The notes under the pieces are model-generated. The model searched no databases and was not told the DNA's origin. It was given only the letters and a program-made list of their open reading frames with translations. A stretch of DNA of 64,000 nucleotides from Peribolospora baueri. Taxonomy: Eukaryota. Below, one piece after another: positions 23,896-38,700 of the stretch; position 1 is the stretch's first letter, and each line of letters opens with the position of its first letter. The position numbers were made by a program, and so were the translations under genes. Location of the stretch: positions 1 to 64,000 of the forward strand of contig JAMDHS010000009.1 in assembly GCA_029717555.1 (NCBI GenBank). The letters run 5' to 3'.

Positions 23896-26758
23896 ATGCT
23901 CTCCAGCTACGCCCGAGCAAGCTGTCTCAAGTCGCCCAGGCAGGCTACGGCAATCGCTGCTGCCTCCGGTCGCTCGGCCGCTCGGCCGCTCTCCTCTTCC
24001 CGCGCAGTGGCGCACGACGCTCACGACGCTCACGACGCTGCAGCGCTCGCTCGGTTGATGCGAGACGTCGACACCGCCCTGCTCCACCGCGCCGCCACCG
24101 AGCCCAAGGCCGGGGAAATTGCCACGGGAATTAAAGGGCATGTACAGTCTCCAGTCAGTTCCGAGACCGTTCCTTATGACGGCGAGCTCGATGGCGAGCA
24201 TGATGTCCCTTCGAGGTGGGAGAGGAGGAGTCCCTCTGCACGATTCGGGAGCAAGAGGGTAGGAAGCGTTCAGTTGCCAAAGGAGCTAGAGGAGAGGGTC
24301 ATGAGACTCGTTCAAGGTGAGAAGGTTGGCCGCGGCTGCAGCGGCGGTACAACGCCTTCGCTCACTCGCCCTCACCTCTTTCCCGCCCTTGCCGTTTGCA
24401 GCTTCCGACAAGAATATCCTCCGTCAGGACGCCAATTACCTCTTAACCTTGTATTCATCTCGCTCCGCCAGCCCTCTCACCTCTCAGCCAGCTTCTCGGG
24501 CACCCCCTCCAGGTCGAGACGTTCTGGCCCACCTGGCGGCCATTATGCCGGGAAGGTACGCGGTCATATATAACGTCATGCTGGAGACTAGGCGAAGGCT
24601 CGAAGGGGATCTGCCGCCCGGATCTAAGCGCGGAGAGGGCTCTAATGAAGGGGAGAACGTCGGCTGGGACGAAAAAGGATGGATGCCACACAGCGTAATG
24701 GAGTGGGGAGCGAAGACGGGCGAGGGGCTGTGGTGAGTTTTCAAACCGAGTCTCACGGACAGCCCTGAAGACGAGTGTGGCGCTAGCTTGTTGACATGCC
24801 ATGCCGCTTCTCGACCCCCCTCATTGACTGTCGCGCAGGGCTACTCAATCCGCTTTCGCCTCAGAGGCATTCTCGTCCAACCAATCGTTAGAGTCTCCAA
24901 TCAAGTACTATACTGGGAGAGACCGGTCCTCGCACACGCTCGGGATCGCCTCCGAGCTCGCAAAGGATTCGGCCGTTCTCGGCGACTTGAAACCCTTGTG
25001 GACATCTAAGAGTGCCGCCAAGGGCAAAGCACGCGACCCTGTAGGTCACTACGTCCGGCCCAGAGCTTTGATCACATTCAATTTCTCAGCATACTGACCT
25101 TTGCTCTCTCCAATGATAATGCAGGAGGGGCGGCACGACCCTAGCCACGCCCTTGCACTGTCGGCTTTCCATCTGTCCACGCTTCCAACCCCCCGTGATC
25201 GACGCGACTTGCTTCGAGACATCTGGCAGTCCGGCGCTGAGGTCATCGTGCTCATCGATCACGGAACCCCTGGAGGCTTTGCGGTCATCGCCGAAGCACG
25301 CGAGTTCCTTCTCGAGCTGGGCAGGAAAGAGGTTCGAAGGTTTGCCTCGGACCGTGAGGCCTCTACAGGATGGCCGAGGGAGGTCAGGGCTCAAAAAAGG
25401 GGCGAGGTCCTTCAGCTTGGGCGGCAGACTTTGTATGCCGAAGCTTGGGAGGGCGAGGAGGTGGAGGACGCGGACGAACAAGGCGTCTCGGACGCCGGTC
25501 GGGGCTGTCACGTAGTTGCACCGGTGAGTGTGATGCAATTTTGTCCTGCTCTGTCTCTTCGTCTTTCCGAGCTGATCGCGGCGCGACGTCCACACCTCCA
25601 GTGCCCACATGACGGCCCTTGCCCGCTTCATCACGCACTCAGCTACTTCCCTTCGCGGGCTCACCCCGTCGGCAACGTGCCCACCTCGGTGTGCCACTTC
25701 TCCCAGCGCCTCCAGCGTCCCCCGTTCGTACGCTCGATAAAGAAGTCGAAGCAGGGTGAGGAGGACGTGAAGTACTCGTACGTCGTCATCCGACGCGGCC
25801 CCAGGCCGAGCTTCGAGAGCATCGCTCGGGCGGAGAGCGAACTCGGCGTCGGCACGGGAGAGGCGGTGGACGTGGAGAGGATGTGGAGGGCTCGGGCCGC
25901 GCTTGGCAAGACAGGGGTGCTGGACAAGCTCAGGGGTGCGGAGGCCAAGCCGGAGCTGCGAACTCTGCACGAGGTCGGCACGGAAGCGGCACACGCCGTC
26001 GAGCTGGCAGATGAAACCTCACCAGCGGCGGCGGTGCCCGCACCGGTCGCTCCAGAAGAGACGTCGAACTCGGCAGAGGTGGCGCAGGCGATGCGGTTGG
26101 AGGCCTATCACTGGCCTCGCCTCGTCTTTTCCCCTCTGAAGAAAGGTGGACACGTCTATGCTGACGCCTGTTGTCCGACCGGTGAGTGTGTTCACCGTCG
26201 TGTCAAAGCTACCCCGCGCATGCCACCGCTGACGACGTCCGCTGATGTGATTGTCCACCGCGAAAAGGTAACATCGAACGAATGTCGCTGCCGAAATCTC
26301 TTGGCCGCCAGCCGTACCAGGATGCCCGGAAGTCGAACTGGGGCGACCTGTATCCGCACGCTCCTCGGAAGCCGCCGACGGTGAGGATCGCTCCCATGAC
26401 GGTGGAGGAGATCAAAGCGAACGGCGGAAAGCAAGGGGAAGGCGCGAAGAAGATTAGGAAGAAGTGGGAGTTGGACAAGTACGAGCTGAAGAAGGTGGAG
26501 CGCAGGGAGAGGGCTCTGCAGAAGGCGATGGTGGCTCAGGCGGCGGAATTGGGCATAGGCCCCGAGGCGGTCGTCGGCGCCGGTTCGTGGCGGCAGCGAA
26601 GGCCGAGAGGCAAGGGCGGCCTCGAGGACGTGGATTGGGAGTGGACGGGCGAGGGCGGCACGGACGCGCGCGAGGGCTTGGAAGGCAAGCTGGCGAGGCC
26701 GAGGAGGAGGGCACGGGGAGACGTTTGGACTACCGAGTTTGAGATTCCTGTCAGGTAG
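23896..26758 (+). CDS. RSM22: Mitochondrial small-subunit assembly factor Rsm22/METTL17
   Basis: Presequence-like start; VLIDHGTP.GF..I..AR, HVVAPCPHDGPCPL, CHFSQRLQRP, YSYVVIRRG, WPRLV..P.KKGGHV..D.C, Y.DARKS.WGDLYP. Confidence 0.92.
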
Positions 26759-27211
26759 ACAGACCACTGGAAGGTGGCATAAGGTGCAGACCAGACGACG
26801 GGGAGCGCGGTTGTAATTCACGCAGCGCGTGCCTCCTCGCCAGCAGCCGCGGAACTCGCGGGTCCTTTTCGGAGCAGCTGAAAGCGCCATCGATCTCGCT
26901 ACCAAATCTAGAGTTTGGCTATCTTCCCGTTTTGTTTTTCTTCTTCTTCTTCATCATCCCAGAGACGAGCTTCTGGCCATGCGATCAGAATGTACACGGT
27001 CAAGCGTGGCACGTATGTGTACTTCTATTCCGATCGATGGGAAGCACCGAGAGTGTAAGTCTGGACTTGTTCTTGTGAGCTTATAGTCGTATTCCATCCT
27101 TCGACAGTCTATCGATGTGAAGTCTGTGCCGAGACGGAGGGTCATCCAGCGCAGGAAGCAGAACTGAGTTGAAGTGAAACCGTCTAACTCGTTTGGAATG
27201 TGGAACGTCAG

Positions 27212-28748
27212 TCATACTGCCGCACTCACCTTGTCGCCAAGGAGCCTCATCGCGGTCTCAAAGGCCAAAAGAGCACTGGCATTGGTTGGAAAAGCGCGAA
27301 GGATGCCTGATAGCGTGGCCAAGGCCGTGGGCGCCGATGAACAGACCGTTAGATATCATACCGTCACCGCGAAGGCGTAAGCCGAAAGGGAGGATGAGTG
27401 AAGCTCACAGGGAAGAAATCCACGATAGAATTGAAGGAAGCCGCGGAAGAAGCGGCCATCAGGGTTGTTCTCCGCGAATATGGCGCGTACAGTGTACCAA
27501 TACGAAGGGTATTTCGACGGACTGGCCATGATACGATTCTTTACGGTGTCACTCGGAAAGGCTGAGGGGTAGAAAGAAAGACAAAAGAGAAGGAGTCGGT
27601 CATCCACACAAAGCGCGGAAGATCGTGAGATGACTTAAAAAGAGCAAGGTCTCACCCCCTGTCCAGTAGAGCTGGGCAGCTAAACCGCCGGATAGAAACG
27701 TGGCCGTCCCTTGGGAGACCTCAAAGCGAGTGCCTTGGAGGGATGCGAACTGGACCTGCAGCACCTCAAACGCCGCGAACATGACGCCAAACCAGCTGCG
27801 AAAAATCATTGTCGCCGGCAGAGCGTACCAGAGTCCGCGAACGCCCTTCTGTCGGATGATCTGTGCAGCGCAGTCGAACGGACCCGTGTACTGCCTGCCT
27901 GGGACGGGGGAGGAAGAGGAGCCCGGAAGGTGCAATTGAATCCGGTGAGCCTGCATCTGTAGTCGTGTCTTGACGACCTCAACCGGAGCGGTTAGGAACG
28001 AGCTGACGAAGCATGAGTGAGTCGAGAATACGGCGACGATGGACGAAGTGAGCGTCAGCGATAAGCCCAACGCAAAGGATGAGCCATGACCTGCTTACTT
28101 TGTCCATCCCGCAAGAAGTCCGGCTGCCGCATGGTACCGGACCTTAAGAGGCTCGCCCTCCTTCGCGTTCGTCCATCGGCGAAAGAAGAGTCGATAATTA
28201 TGAAGCGAGCCCCTAAACCAGCATGATAAGAGTCTAAGTCAGCGAGCGGACACGAGTTGTCGCAACCTTGCACATCGTGGAGACAACTGACATTAGAACA
28301 GAGTCGGTGACGCTCCACGTTAGCGCCGGGGCTAGCGCGCCCTTGTATAGGGCTAATGGTCCCTCTTTCCTCAAGAGCTGGAGGAGGCAGTCCATCGCGC
28401 CTTTGTAGGTGCCCGCCGGGGAGCATTGCATTCTCACCTGCGACAAGGAGGGGAATGCGGCGATGAGTAGTAAAATCAGATTTTCCTACAGTCCACAGAA
28501 GTCTCACTTTGATGCCATCGAAAGGGTGCTACAACAAACACGGACAAGAGTAGACGATGAGCATCACTATCCTGAGCGAAGTTGGTGTCGTGTCCATGTA
28601 GCGCGAGCTCGACCCGGCAACGCACCCCGACAGCTAACTTTGTCAACCCGCTGAAGGTGCCGGCAACAAAACCCTTGATCTTCACGGTCGAAGAATCGTC
28701 TGGGATCTTCACGCCGGTCCGTGTCGGGCGGGATTCAGAGTCGCGCAT
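27212..28748 (-). CDS. Mitochondrial carrier (SLC25 family, YMC1/carnitine-carrier-like); 3' end uncertain
   Basis: GFVAG..SG, HPFDGIKVRMQ, PVEVVKTRLQ, FPSDTVKNRIM: three Px[DE]xx[KR] repeats. Confidence 0.88.
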
Positions 28749-29325
28749 GGATTCTGCCTCTATCTTGCCCCCAGCCAACGAGCAGGAGCTCGGGACGTTC
28801 GCCCGATCCCTCAGCCTATTAAAAACAAGATTCCCTCCCTTCTTTCTTTGGCCAAAACCCGTCTCCGGGTAATATCTAGAGCGTCCTCCTGACTGAAAAG
28901 AGAAAAGGGGATGAGGATGTGGACGGAGCGAGCGTGGGAGGCGAACGGGAGGACGGGAGGGAGGAGAGCATTTAAGAAGGTGGGGGAGAGAGAGCTGCAC
29001 GTGACACGGGTGCGGCCCGCCCGCCCGGCTTAATTCCGGCCGGCCTGTCACAGGGCCGTCAAAGGGAGGAGGTGTATCCAATCACGTGACCGGGTAGCGG
29101 AGGCTTTCGCGGATGCGTCTTCTCACTATCAGTCTGCTCGCGCAGACAATGGCCCGGCGACTGCGGCACTCCCTTTTGATCGGCGACGAAGGGCGTGCAC
29201 AACCAACCGAGTAGAATCTACGCTTGGTTCGCACCGACGACCGACGACGGCGGCGACGACCAACGACCACCCCTTCCTTTTGAGCGCCCCGTCTTTTCCG
29301 CACGGCGGTTGCCGCCATTGCAGAT

Positions 29326-32300
29326 ATGTCAGTCAGCGGTTCCCTTTTCGGAACTTCGGCGGCGGCAACTAGCTCGGCCAGTTCAGCCATCACAGACCTT
29401 CAACTGGCGTCGTCGACGTCGGCGACATCTGGGCCGCTGTCTCTGCCTCCTTCGTCGCGGGTGTCCGGCGCTGCTTCCGCGGCGCCGCCATTGCCGACAT
29501 CGGAGGTTTCAGCGTCCGAAGACCCGCTCTTTGCTAGTTTGCAAAAGGCGTCGCGTCTGGTGGACGCGCAGCTGACGCAAGATGCGAGGTACCCATATTT
29601 GGAGGAGACATTGTCGAGTAAGTAGGACGCGCATGGACTAGCCTCATTATGTCTGTCAGCTTCGAGCTCACAATCGCTCACATCTTCTTTGCACCGCTCC
29701 AGCGTCCGCTTCGGACAACTACCAGCTACCCCACAACCAGCTTTGGTCACCGTTCGAGACATATCGCACATGCCCCATTCCCGAAGAGCTCTTCAGGTTT
29801 GCCGAATGTGAGTCCTTTACTTTTATGCTCTGCTCTCCTGACTTTCTTCTCACTTAGTCCATGCTTGGGCCGCAATATGCCCAACAGCAAGTGCGCATGC
29901 CAATCTCGGCATCTTCCCCGAAATCGACCGTGCTTGGCTCACTGTCAACCATGCCCTGTATCTGTGGGATTACAACGGGTGAGTTCTGATATGAGGTTGA
30001 ATGGATGGACCGTATCCATCAGGTGAAACTTGCGAATCCACCTCGAACGCTTTTTTTCCAAGCGCGAACGGACCGGGGAACTGAGACGCCGCGGCTGCAT
30101 CTTCATTCGCCTTCATATAGAGGCGACATCTGTAGCTTTGAGGAATTGGACCAGGCGATCGTCAGTGTGGGTCTCGTCCCGCCGAAGAAGGGTGAGCCCT
30201 CGCTGTTCATTCCGCATCTACAGGAGGCGCTGTATTTACCGTCTGCGTTCTCGTCCAAAAGGCGTTTTCGTGGACGAGATCAAGCACGTCCTTGTCATTT
30301 GCACCCCTTCCCAAGTGATGCTGCTTGGCCTCGCATGGAAAACTGCCGAAAGCTCCGTACCGCAGGGCCCAGGTACCCCTCGGCAGCAGCGGCCCGAAGT
30401 CGTCATCTACGTTCTCGATATCGCCGTGGCCACCGACGGCGTGCACATGAAGCAAGTCACGGGCTTTGCGAACGGGCGCATCTTCCTCTCCGGCAACGAC
30501 AGCTGCTTGTACGAGCTCACGTACCAAGGTTCTGAAGGGTGGTTCACTCGGAAAGCCTCCCTCCACAATCACAGTGCGTCAGGTCTGTTGCACCTCATGC
30601 CCAACGCGGTCGTTGGCATGTGGAAAAAGACCAGCGACGGTGAGAGCTTTTTTGCTTAGTGCTCATGGACCAAGCTGATTTATGCCTTGGCTCGCCCGTG
30701 ACAGAGGTGATCGAAGTGTTGGCAGCCGATTCCGCTCGAAACGTCCTATACGCGCTCACGTCGCGTTCGTCGATTGAGGTCTACTACCTAGGTCCTAAGG
30801 GCGACCAGCTGACCATGGTCGCAAAGGCCGTCAATGTGCGCAGGAAGGCGCACACGCTCTGGCCAGCCGGAGGCGCTCACATGGACAGCAAAACGTTTAA
30901 GATCGTCTCCATTTGCCCAATCAGTCCGGCCGAAAGCAAGGACGTCCATCTCGTCGCTTTCACGTCGACCGGTGAGTTTGCGCAAATGTCTAGCAGAGAA
31001 CATGTCTTCCGTTCTTCTTGATGACTGACTCCATCGCGTCTTTCTTTCCTTGAAGGCGTCCGTCTCTACTTCTTCCACTCCGGCCGAGGTGGTCCCTTTT
31101 CCCCTTCTAGCGAGCCGTTGCGGCCCGACCGGCTTGAGTTGAAGCATGTCCGAGCACCACCGGCCAAGTCGTGGGCCGGCCCGCAATCCTCCACTGGGGC
31201 TTCGGCAACATATCCAGGTCGACAACCGCCTATCTTGTACACCAACATCACCAAAGCACTGTATTCCGAGACCCTGACGCTCGGGCTCGAATGCCTTGCT
31301 CAGGATGAAAATCCGCTCTGGTGTGCCGCCCCTAACGTCGCCACGCTAGCTAAGGAGGCGGCCATGAATCGGAAAACGACTATTGACGAGTGGACAGTGG
31401 CGCTACCTCTAGAGGGTCGTCTGTGGGCCGTCGCCGAGGTTCCTCGGTCCGATTCGCTTCTTCAGGCCGTTGCAGCCGAAGGGGGAACGAGACTGAACGA
31501 GCTCGCAATGCAGCTAAGCTTGCCACCGAGGCAGTTCCTCGTCTTTACGGACATGTGCATGGCGATCGTGACGAGGCAGCGTCCCATCGACACGCTCTTG
31601 AGATTGCTTGAGACCTTAGGCGGGAATGACACAGAGGTCGAGGGCTTCGCTCACATGTGAGTCTCTCCGTTCGCCCAACTAGTTTGTAGCACTGCGAGCT
31701 TGGCTGAACTGTCGCGCTACTCTCCCTCAGGTACGGCTTTGATCAATTCTGTGCGATGTGTCTCGGCATCGCAGCTGGAAACTCGATGCTGATGGCAAGG
31801 GAGGTGCCTCCCAATTCAAACGGGTTCTCGCTCGCCACAATCGGCGAGGCCCTCAAGACGGCACGGATGACCAGCCCGGAAGTCCAGGCTATCGCCAAGC
31901 GGCTCTTCTTTGAAGTGGGATATAAGCCTTCCTTGATAGGTGGCCAGGTTCAGGTCCCACTGGGTGAGCGCAAACATCATGGAGCTGGAAGTGAAGGTAT
32001 CACGCTGATATACCTCTTCACGATCATTCCTCCTTCAGGAGGTCACACGGTGAACGTATCGCCATCTGGCCGACAAGTCGCGCTCGGCTCCCGACACAGT
32101 GGCCTGGCTATGTACTTGGCGCGCCTATTGCGACCCATCTGGAACCGGTCTATTACAGAGTTGGCGTGAGTTTTGGTCAACGTCGCGCGATTTGTCCGTC
32201 TATACTTGGCTCTGACAAACTGAGTGCATTTGTTTAACCGTGCAGCCCGACTCGTGGTCAAACTCCGCCTAAAGATACGGGCCTGCCCGTTGAATTGCTG

Positions 32301-35195
32301 CTAGCGATACAACAGGATTTGGCGAGCCTCAAGACGTTTTTGGATAAGTATGTTACCTGCGCCTAGGCTTGAAGCTGCTCGTCTGACATGCTAACGATAT
32401 GCTATGTATATCTCCCCCATTGTAGTTCCCTTTTCCTCCTTGCTCCGGTGTCCGAGTATCACTCCGCTAGCGAGAACGCGGAAGCCGTTAAAGAAGAGCA
32501 GAAGTCGATCCTCGCAATGCGGGACCTCCTCTCACAGTCGCTGGAAGCCATTTCCTTCGTCCTGCTCCTGGTTGACAACAACCTGTCCAACATCATGTCG
32601 GCATGCTCAACCGAGGACCGAAAGGCGTTCACCGAGCTCAAGTTCCGGGACCTTCTGAGCAAGAGGAGAGGTCGCGAGTTGGCAAAGGTATTGCTGAGCG
32701 CGCTCATCAATCAACAGATTGCGCAACAGATCAGTGTAAGTTGCATTTGTATTCATTCAATCATGGCAAATTCCCATGTTAACTGACGTACCCGCCCTGC
32801 CCGCAATAGGTCGACACCATTAGTCAGGTTCTTCAGGACCGATGCGGTTCCTTCTGCAGCGCTGAGGATGTGCTGCTTTACAAGGTTAGCTCGGATTCCG
32901 CCCTTCTTTCGCTTGTGATAACTCTCTGTACCTTATTGTCATCCTGACTTGCCTTCTTCTCCGCTTAGGCCGCCGAGAACATCCGGAGAGCCAAGGAGAC
33001 CAAGGACATTGACGAGCGATCGCAGTGTTTGCATGAGTCCGTCCGGCTCTTCAAGAAGGCGGCCAAGAACCTTCCTGTTGATAAGCTCAAGGAGGTGTGC
33101 CAGGAGTACAAGGAGATGCGATACCCACTTGGTGAGCAGAGTGTGCAATACAGCAACGTCGGCATTGCGAGCACGGCTGACGTGGGTTTTTACCGATTGC
33201 CTTCATGTCTCGACATCCAAAGGCGCTATTGAAGTTGCCCTGGAGTGCGCTAACCAGTGGGACCCTCGTAATGAAGGATTGTCGTACTACTTAGCGGGCA
33301 GTTCTACCTCAGATCCAAGATGGCTGGCATATGAGAACCGGCTCGTGTGCTACAAATGTGTCACCGGCGTGCTTGAGGCGATGGACGACCTGGTTGACCA
33401 GCTGATCAAGCAAGGCAAGGACGCCACCCCGTCTGGGCGCGTTGAGCGTGAGTGTCTTTTTGTCAGGTCTCGATGCAACGACGTGTAGCTCACGCAGACG
33501 AAGCGATTTGGCATTCCTCCTCCCACCAGTGGACGAGATCGACAGCCTTCGAAGGAACGCGTTCAAGGTTGCTTTGCTGTCTCAGGACCAGCTCTTCCAC
33601 TTCACCCTCTACCAGTGGCTCATCGACCGTGGGCTTAGCGAACGGCTGTTGGAGGTGAGCGGTTATTGGAATAGGTAGAAGAGGCGTGGGTCCGTGCTTC
33701 GGCCATCGCTCGTCATCTGATCATCTGAGAGAACGTACTTGCCTTGCAGATTCGAACCCCGCACGTCGAGGCCTTCCTCATGCAAGAGCCGTTCACGTTG
33801 GAGAAAGTAGATCTACTCTGGCAGTACCGCGTGCGGAACGGTGAGCCGGTCAAGGCCGTTCCCGTACTGGCCAGTTTGGCCGAGTCTACCGAGTTCGGGC
33901 TCTCTCTCAACCAGCGGGTGGAGTATCTCTCCCTCGCTGTGAGCAATGCCAAGAGTCACGGCTCGGCCTCAACGCAATACCCTAAGGACGCGGTCGAGTT
34001 CTTGGCGGAAGTGGAGGAAAAACTTGAGGTTGCGCAGGTGCAGGTTGAGGTGTGGAGAACGCTTGATGAGATGCCGGTAGAGGGATTGGGGGCAGAGGCG
34101 GACAAGCGATCGCTTATGGAGCGCTTGAATGACAAACTCTACAATGTGACGGAGGTGAGTAGGTCTTCTTGGCTTTGTTACCAACTCGGTCTCTAGAGTA
34201 GCCTCGGGCTGACGAGTGTGCTTCTTGCGGACGACAGTTGTACACCGAGTACGCCGAGCCTTACGAGATGCTGCACGTCAAGTTGATGATCTTCCATGTT
34301 TCCGACCACCGGAATTTCGATCTCGTCATGTCGACGTGGTTGGACATTATCGAACGAGGTAAGCTCGGTGGCTGCTCGTGGTGTTGGAAGGAACACTGCT
34401 TGATGAGCTGCCTTTGTTGGACCACAGCGTCGAAGAGTGCCGAAGAGGGCAAGGAACATGAGGCCGTTGCTATGGCCGTCATCGAGCTTGGACGGAGATT
34501 CTTCCCATCGGATATCGCTTTTCCTGTCGGTGAGTGAAGCGCCCCGTCCTGACAAACTGCTCCCATCGTCTCGAGATATTGACCTGGTTCACCACCGCTT
34601 GTGCACAGACATGCTCACCGACATGTTGGAAAAGTTTACATGGCGCCGATTTGACGAGGAGCTACACGACATTCCGGAGGGATGGGCGCCGCGAACGCTC
34701 GTCGAAGCTGGCGTGCCGGCTGAGATGGTTTTCAATGTGCTGCACGGGATCTATGAAGCTAAGGTGAGCAGTCCGATCGGCGCTTTATCCGTTGTATGCT
34801 TTGTCGCACAGGTCCGTCGATTACCGCACCTCTAACTCCCTCCTTCGTCCCCGTTGCGTTCGTTTCGTTGCGTTTCGCAGCTGCCGCCGTTCCAGAACAC
34901 GATGGCCGCGGTGTTCCTTCTGGCCGACATCGCTGCGCTGCTCCAGATGTGGCTGGAATCCTTCAAGGCCTCGCGGGGTTCGTATCGGTCTTCGGTATTT
35001 GGCTACAATGACGATGCGGCGGACCGGCGAGCACGGACGGACCCGTTCCCTGCGGGCCGTATCGACGAGGCGATCACCCATTACACGCACTATCTCCACA
35101 ACGCCCGGGCTCCGGACGACACGACGAAAGCAAAGATCGAGAACACGCTGTCGAGACTCGGTGCGCTGGCGGCGGAGATGCACCGGATCTTCTGA
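29326..35195 (+). CDS. NUP170: Nucleoporin Nup170/Nup155, many exons
   Basis: GIFPEIDRAWLTV..ALYLWDY, VGLVPPKKGVF, GRIFL.G.D..LYELTYQ..EGWF, RHSGLA.Y.ARLLRPIW, FHF.LYQWL, L..RVEYLSLAVSNAKS, EEKLEVAQVQ. Confidence 0.93.
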
Positions 35196-35724
35196 TAAGC
35201 TGTTGCGGGCATGTCATGTCGTGTCGTGTCGTGTCGTTCCTCCCTTCCATTCCATGTCATGTGTTTTGGCCTGACTTGACTGTCCTGGCGCTATCTCGCA
35301 TCGCATCCCTACATCCATCCCTACCTCTCTCTCAGGTCTCTCATGTCGTCCATGTCCATGTCCATGTCGTGCCTGTATGTACGGCGACCAAAAGCCATGT
35401 CCCTCGCATGCCATGTCATCATCGTCGGCTCGTCCGGATCTCTTATGGGAGGAATGACATGTCTGTCTGTCTGACTTGACTCTGAGAACGTTCGCCGGTC
35501 CTGTTTGCGTCCGCTACTGACCGTCCGTCGCGCGGCTGCGGTTGCCGTTGGAAATAGTGTGAGGGGGAACGGATAGCGGCCGCCTCCATCCAAGATGGAC
35601 ACGACATGAACCGCACAACACTTCCACCACCACCACCTAACCCACTACGCTCCCTCATCCCCTCTTAGAACCCGACTCTGCTCTGCTCTGCTCGCCGCTT
35701 CGTTGTCCCGCTCGACGCGCAACC

Positions 35725-38700
35725 ATGTCCAACCCCACGACGTCGCTCGACGACAAGCCGCTGGGCACCAGCTCCCCAGCACACCGACCGGTGGCCGTCG
35801 ACGACAAGGACAAGGACAACACGACCGACGCTAGCGACATTAGCGATGACGAGTTTGCCGACGCTGTTGGTGCCGCCGGGTCGAGCGACGTTGTGCACGC
35901 CGGACTAGAGACGGAGACGGGAGAGGGAGAGATGGGCGGTCCGTCGACGTCGGTGTCCCGGTCAAAGCCCTCTGCTGGCACAGAGGAAGCGGTGGAAGCG
36001 GGCGAAGGCGAAGGCGAGGATGAAGAGGAGGAGGAGGGTCCGAAGACGATGGACGTTGGTCCTCCGCCTCTCACCCATAACGTCCATTCCGCATCTTCGC
36101 TTTCGACTATCACAGCCGACGAACGCGACGGCGAGCATTCACCACATCACCACGCTCCACCACACACCCGCTCCTCCCCCGACAGCTCTTTGAACATAAC
36201 AACGGAGGGTGACGAGGCGTCGACGGCCTCACACCAACAACCCTCTGCTGGCTCTATGCGATCGCTCGAGCCGCCAGACCCCGCCGGCGGTGAGGACACG
36301 CCCAAGTCAACTAAGTCAACTTCGGAACGTTTGTCCGCCGACTCGTCCGACTCGGACAGGACCGCTGGTAGTCCCCTTTTCGAGCACGCGCATGATGCGG
36401 AGCTCTCGGGCTCCATGGCGTCCTCTGCTTCCGTCGATCCGCAAAGTAGCTCGCCCGTTAAGCCTGCTGCTGCCCAATCCGACGATCCGGCGCGCGAACT
36501 TGGCGGGCACGATCTGGTGACGGCGACGGCGACGGCGGGGACGACGGCGACAGCGACGACGGAAGGGATGCAAGCCCTGTTCGAAGGAGGCCTGTTCAAA
36601 AGATCGGGACGTCACGCTGGCTCGGTCGACCTGTCCCGTCGCTCGTTTGGGTCAGCAGAGGGCACGACAGCGGACACGTCTCGAAGAGATTCACAGCCCG
36701 CACCAGAGCAAGGCGCGAAAGATGCGTCGCTGGACGAGATCGACCTCAGCCGGATTTCTCTCCACGACCGCTCCAACGGTTCTCGCCCCGCCTCGCTCGT
36801 CGCTCTCCCTCCCTCTCCCTCCAAACGACAAAATATCAGCATTCCCGAGCCCAATACAGCTTCTGCCTCCACCTCGCCGATGCGCGACTCCGAGTCATCA
36901 GATCCCCGGTCTTCGGCGGCGGTGAGCGTGGACACCAACCAACGCTTCAGCGCCGCATCCTCCAGCTTCCGACACTCGGTCGCAGGGACCAATCATTTCT
37001 CCACTGTCTCCCTTTCTTCTCTCCCTCCCAGCGCCTCCGTCAGCAACGGCCCTTCGCCCGCGCCGGATGCGACTTCCTTCCGCACATCCACCTCGAAGCG
37101 CAAGACGCTCGCCGCTCTCGCCGGTGCCGACCAACAAGCTCTCCGAGGGACATCGGTGGGCAGCGGCTCCAGTTCTACCGGCGGCGACTATGGCTTTTTG
37201 CTCGCTCGATTGGAGAACCAGAACGCTCAGCTTAGTGGGGACCCCAAGGCGCAGAGGAGTAGCGTGGATGGCTTGGACAAGATTAAGAAGAGCTTTGACC
37301 GGTTGCACCGCGAGGCGGAGGAGGAGGGGGAGGGGGAGGAGGAGATCGATTGGGGTGAGTTTCGACCCGGGGGGGGACCCTTCATGAGTGTGTCGCTAGA
37401 CGTACTTAAACGATTTTTCTGTGCACCTGGACGCTTAACCGCAAAGACTTCTGGGGGTCCGTGGTATCAAGTGAGTTCCTCTCCTCCAAGTAGTTATCGG
37501 TCGAGATCCGAGGCCTGAAATATCATCGTCGTCCTTCTCCTTGCCGAGCACAGATTATGGAGAAGTCGCCCAAGCACAGCCGAGCAAACTCGCCAAATCG
37601 ATCCAGAACGGTATTCCGGCCGCTCTTCGAGGCATGCTTTGGCAGCTCATGAGTTCGAGCAAGGACGAGGAACTAGAACTGATCTATGCTTGTGCGTCAT
37701 TCTTTTTTTTTTTACTCTGTGCCTATCCCTTTGACCGAGCGAAACTCGTACTCTGTCGTGGCTCACTTTCACTTGGAATATCGTCGGACGCAGATTATCT
37801 CAAGGAGACGAGTCCTCACGAAAAGGCCATCAGGCGAGACCTTTCGCGTACGTTTCCCGACCAGACGTTTTTCCAAGAAGGCAAGGGTGCGGGCCAGGAA
37901 GAGCTCTTTAACGTCGTCAAAGCGTATTCATTATACGATTCGTGAGCGAGATTTGACCAGGCCCATTCACTCTGCGAGATGCCTCCCGTCGCTCATCTGT
38001 TTTGCCCCTTTTGTCGGTCTCCTCAGCGAATGCGGCTACATGCAGGGCATCGCGTTCATTGCTGGCCCCCTCTTGCTGAATGTGAGAGTGGTTTACGATA
38101 CTAGTCCACGCTCCCGCTCCTCGTCTCGTGCCCGTTCACTAAACAGCTCGTTTTGCCCCGTCTGTCTACAGATGCCTTCGGAAGAAGCGTTTTGCGTGCT
38201 CGTGCGACTGATGAAGTCGTACGACCTTCGTGGGCACTTTATCCCAGACATGCCAACGCTCCAGCTGCGATTGTTCCAGTTCGATCGGCTGCTCGAAGAC
38301 CTTTTACCCTTGTTATATAAGCATCTCACTCGAAAAGGTGTCAAGAGCTCCATGTACGCCAGCCAGTGGCTCATGACGAGTGAGTATCTGGCCGTGGCGA
38401 TCCGTGGATTTGGGATCTCCGCTCCCGTCGTCGCTCACCAGCATGTCTTGTTTATTTTACGCCTTTGCTGCAGTGTTCTCGTATCGGTTCCCTCTCGAGC
38501 TCGTATATCGCATCTTCGACATCGTCTTCGCCGAGGGCATCGAAGCTATCCTTCGATTCGGCATAGCTCTGATGAAAAAGAACGAAGAGAGGCTGCTTGA
38601 CCTCGACTTTGACGACCTCGTCGTTTTTCTCAAGGGCAATCTTTTCGACTGCTACAAGGTATATATATATACGGACCGATCGTCGTTTCGTTTGCGTATG

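Noticed and set aside
23896..26758. Rsm22-Cox11 fusion as in S. pombe
   Set aside because: The C-terminal extension is charged and low-complexity, with no Cox11 CFCF motif or TM segment.
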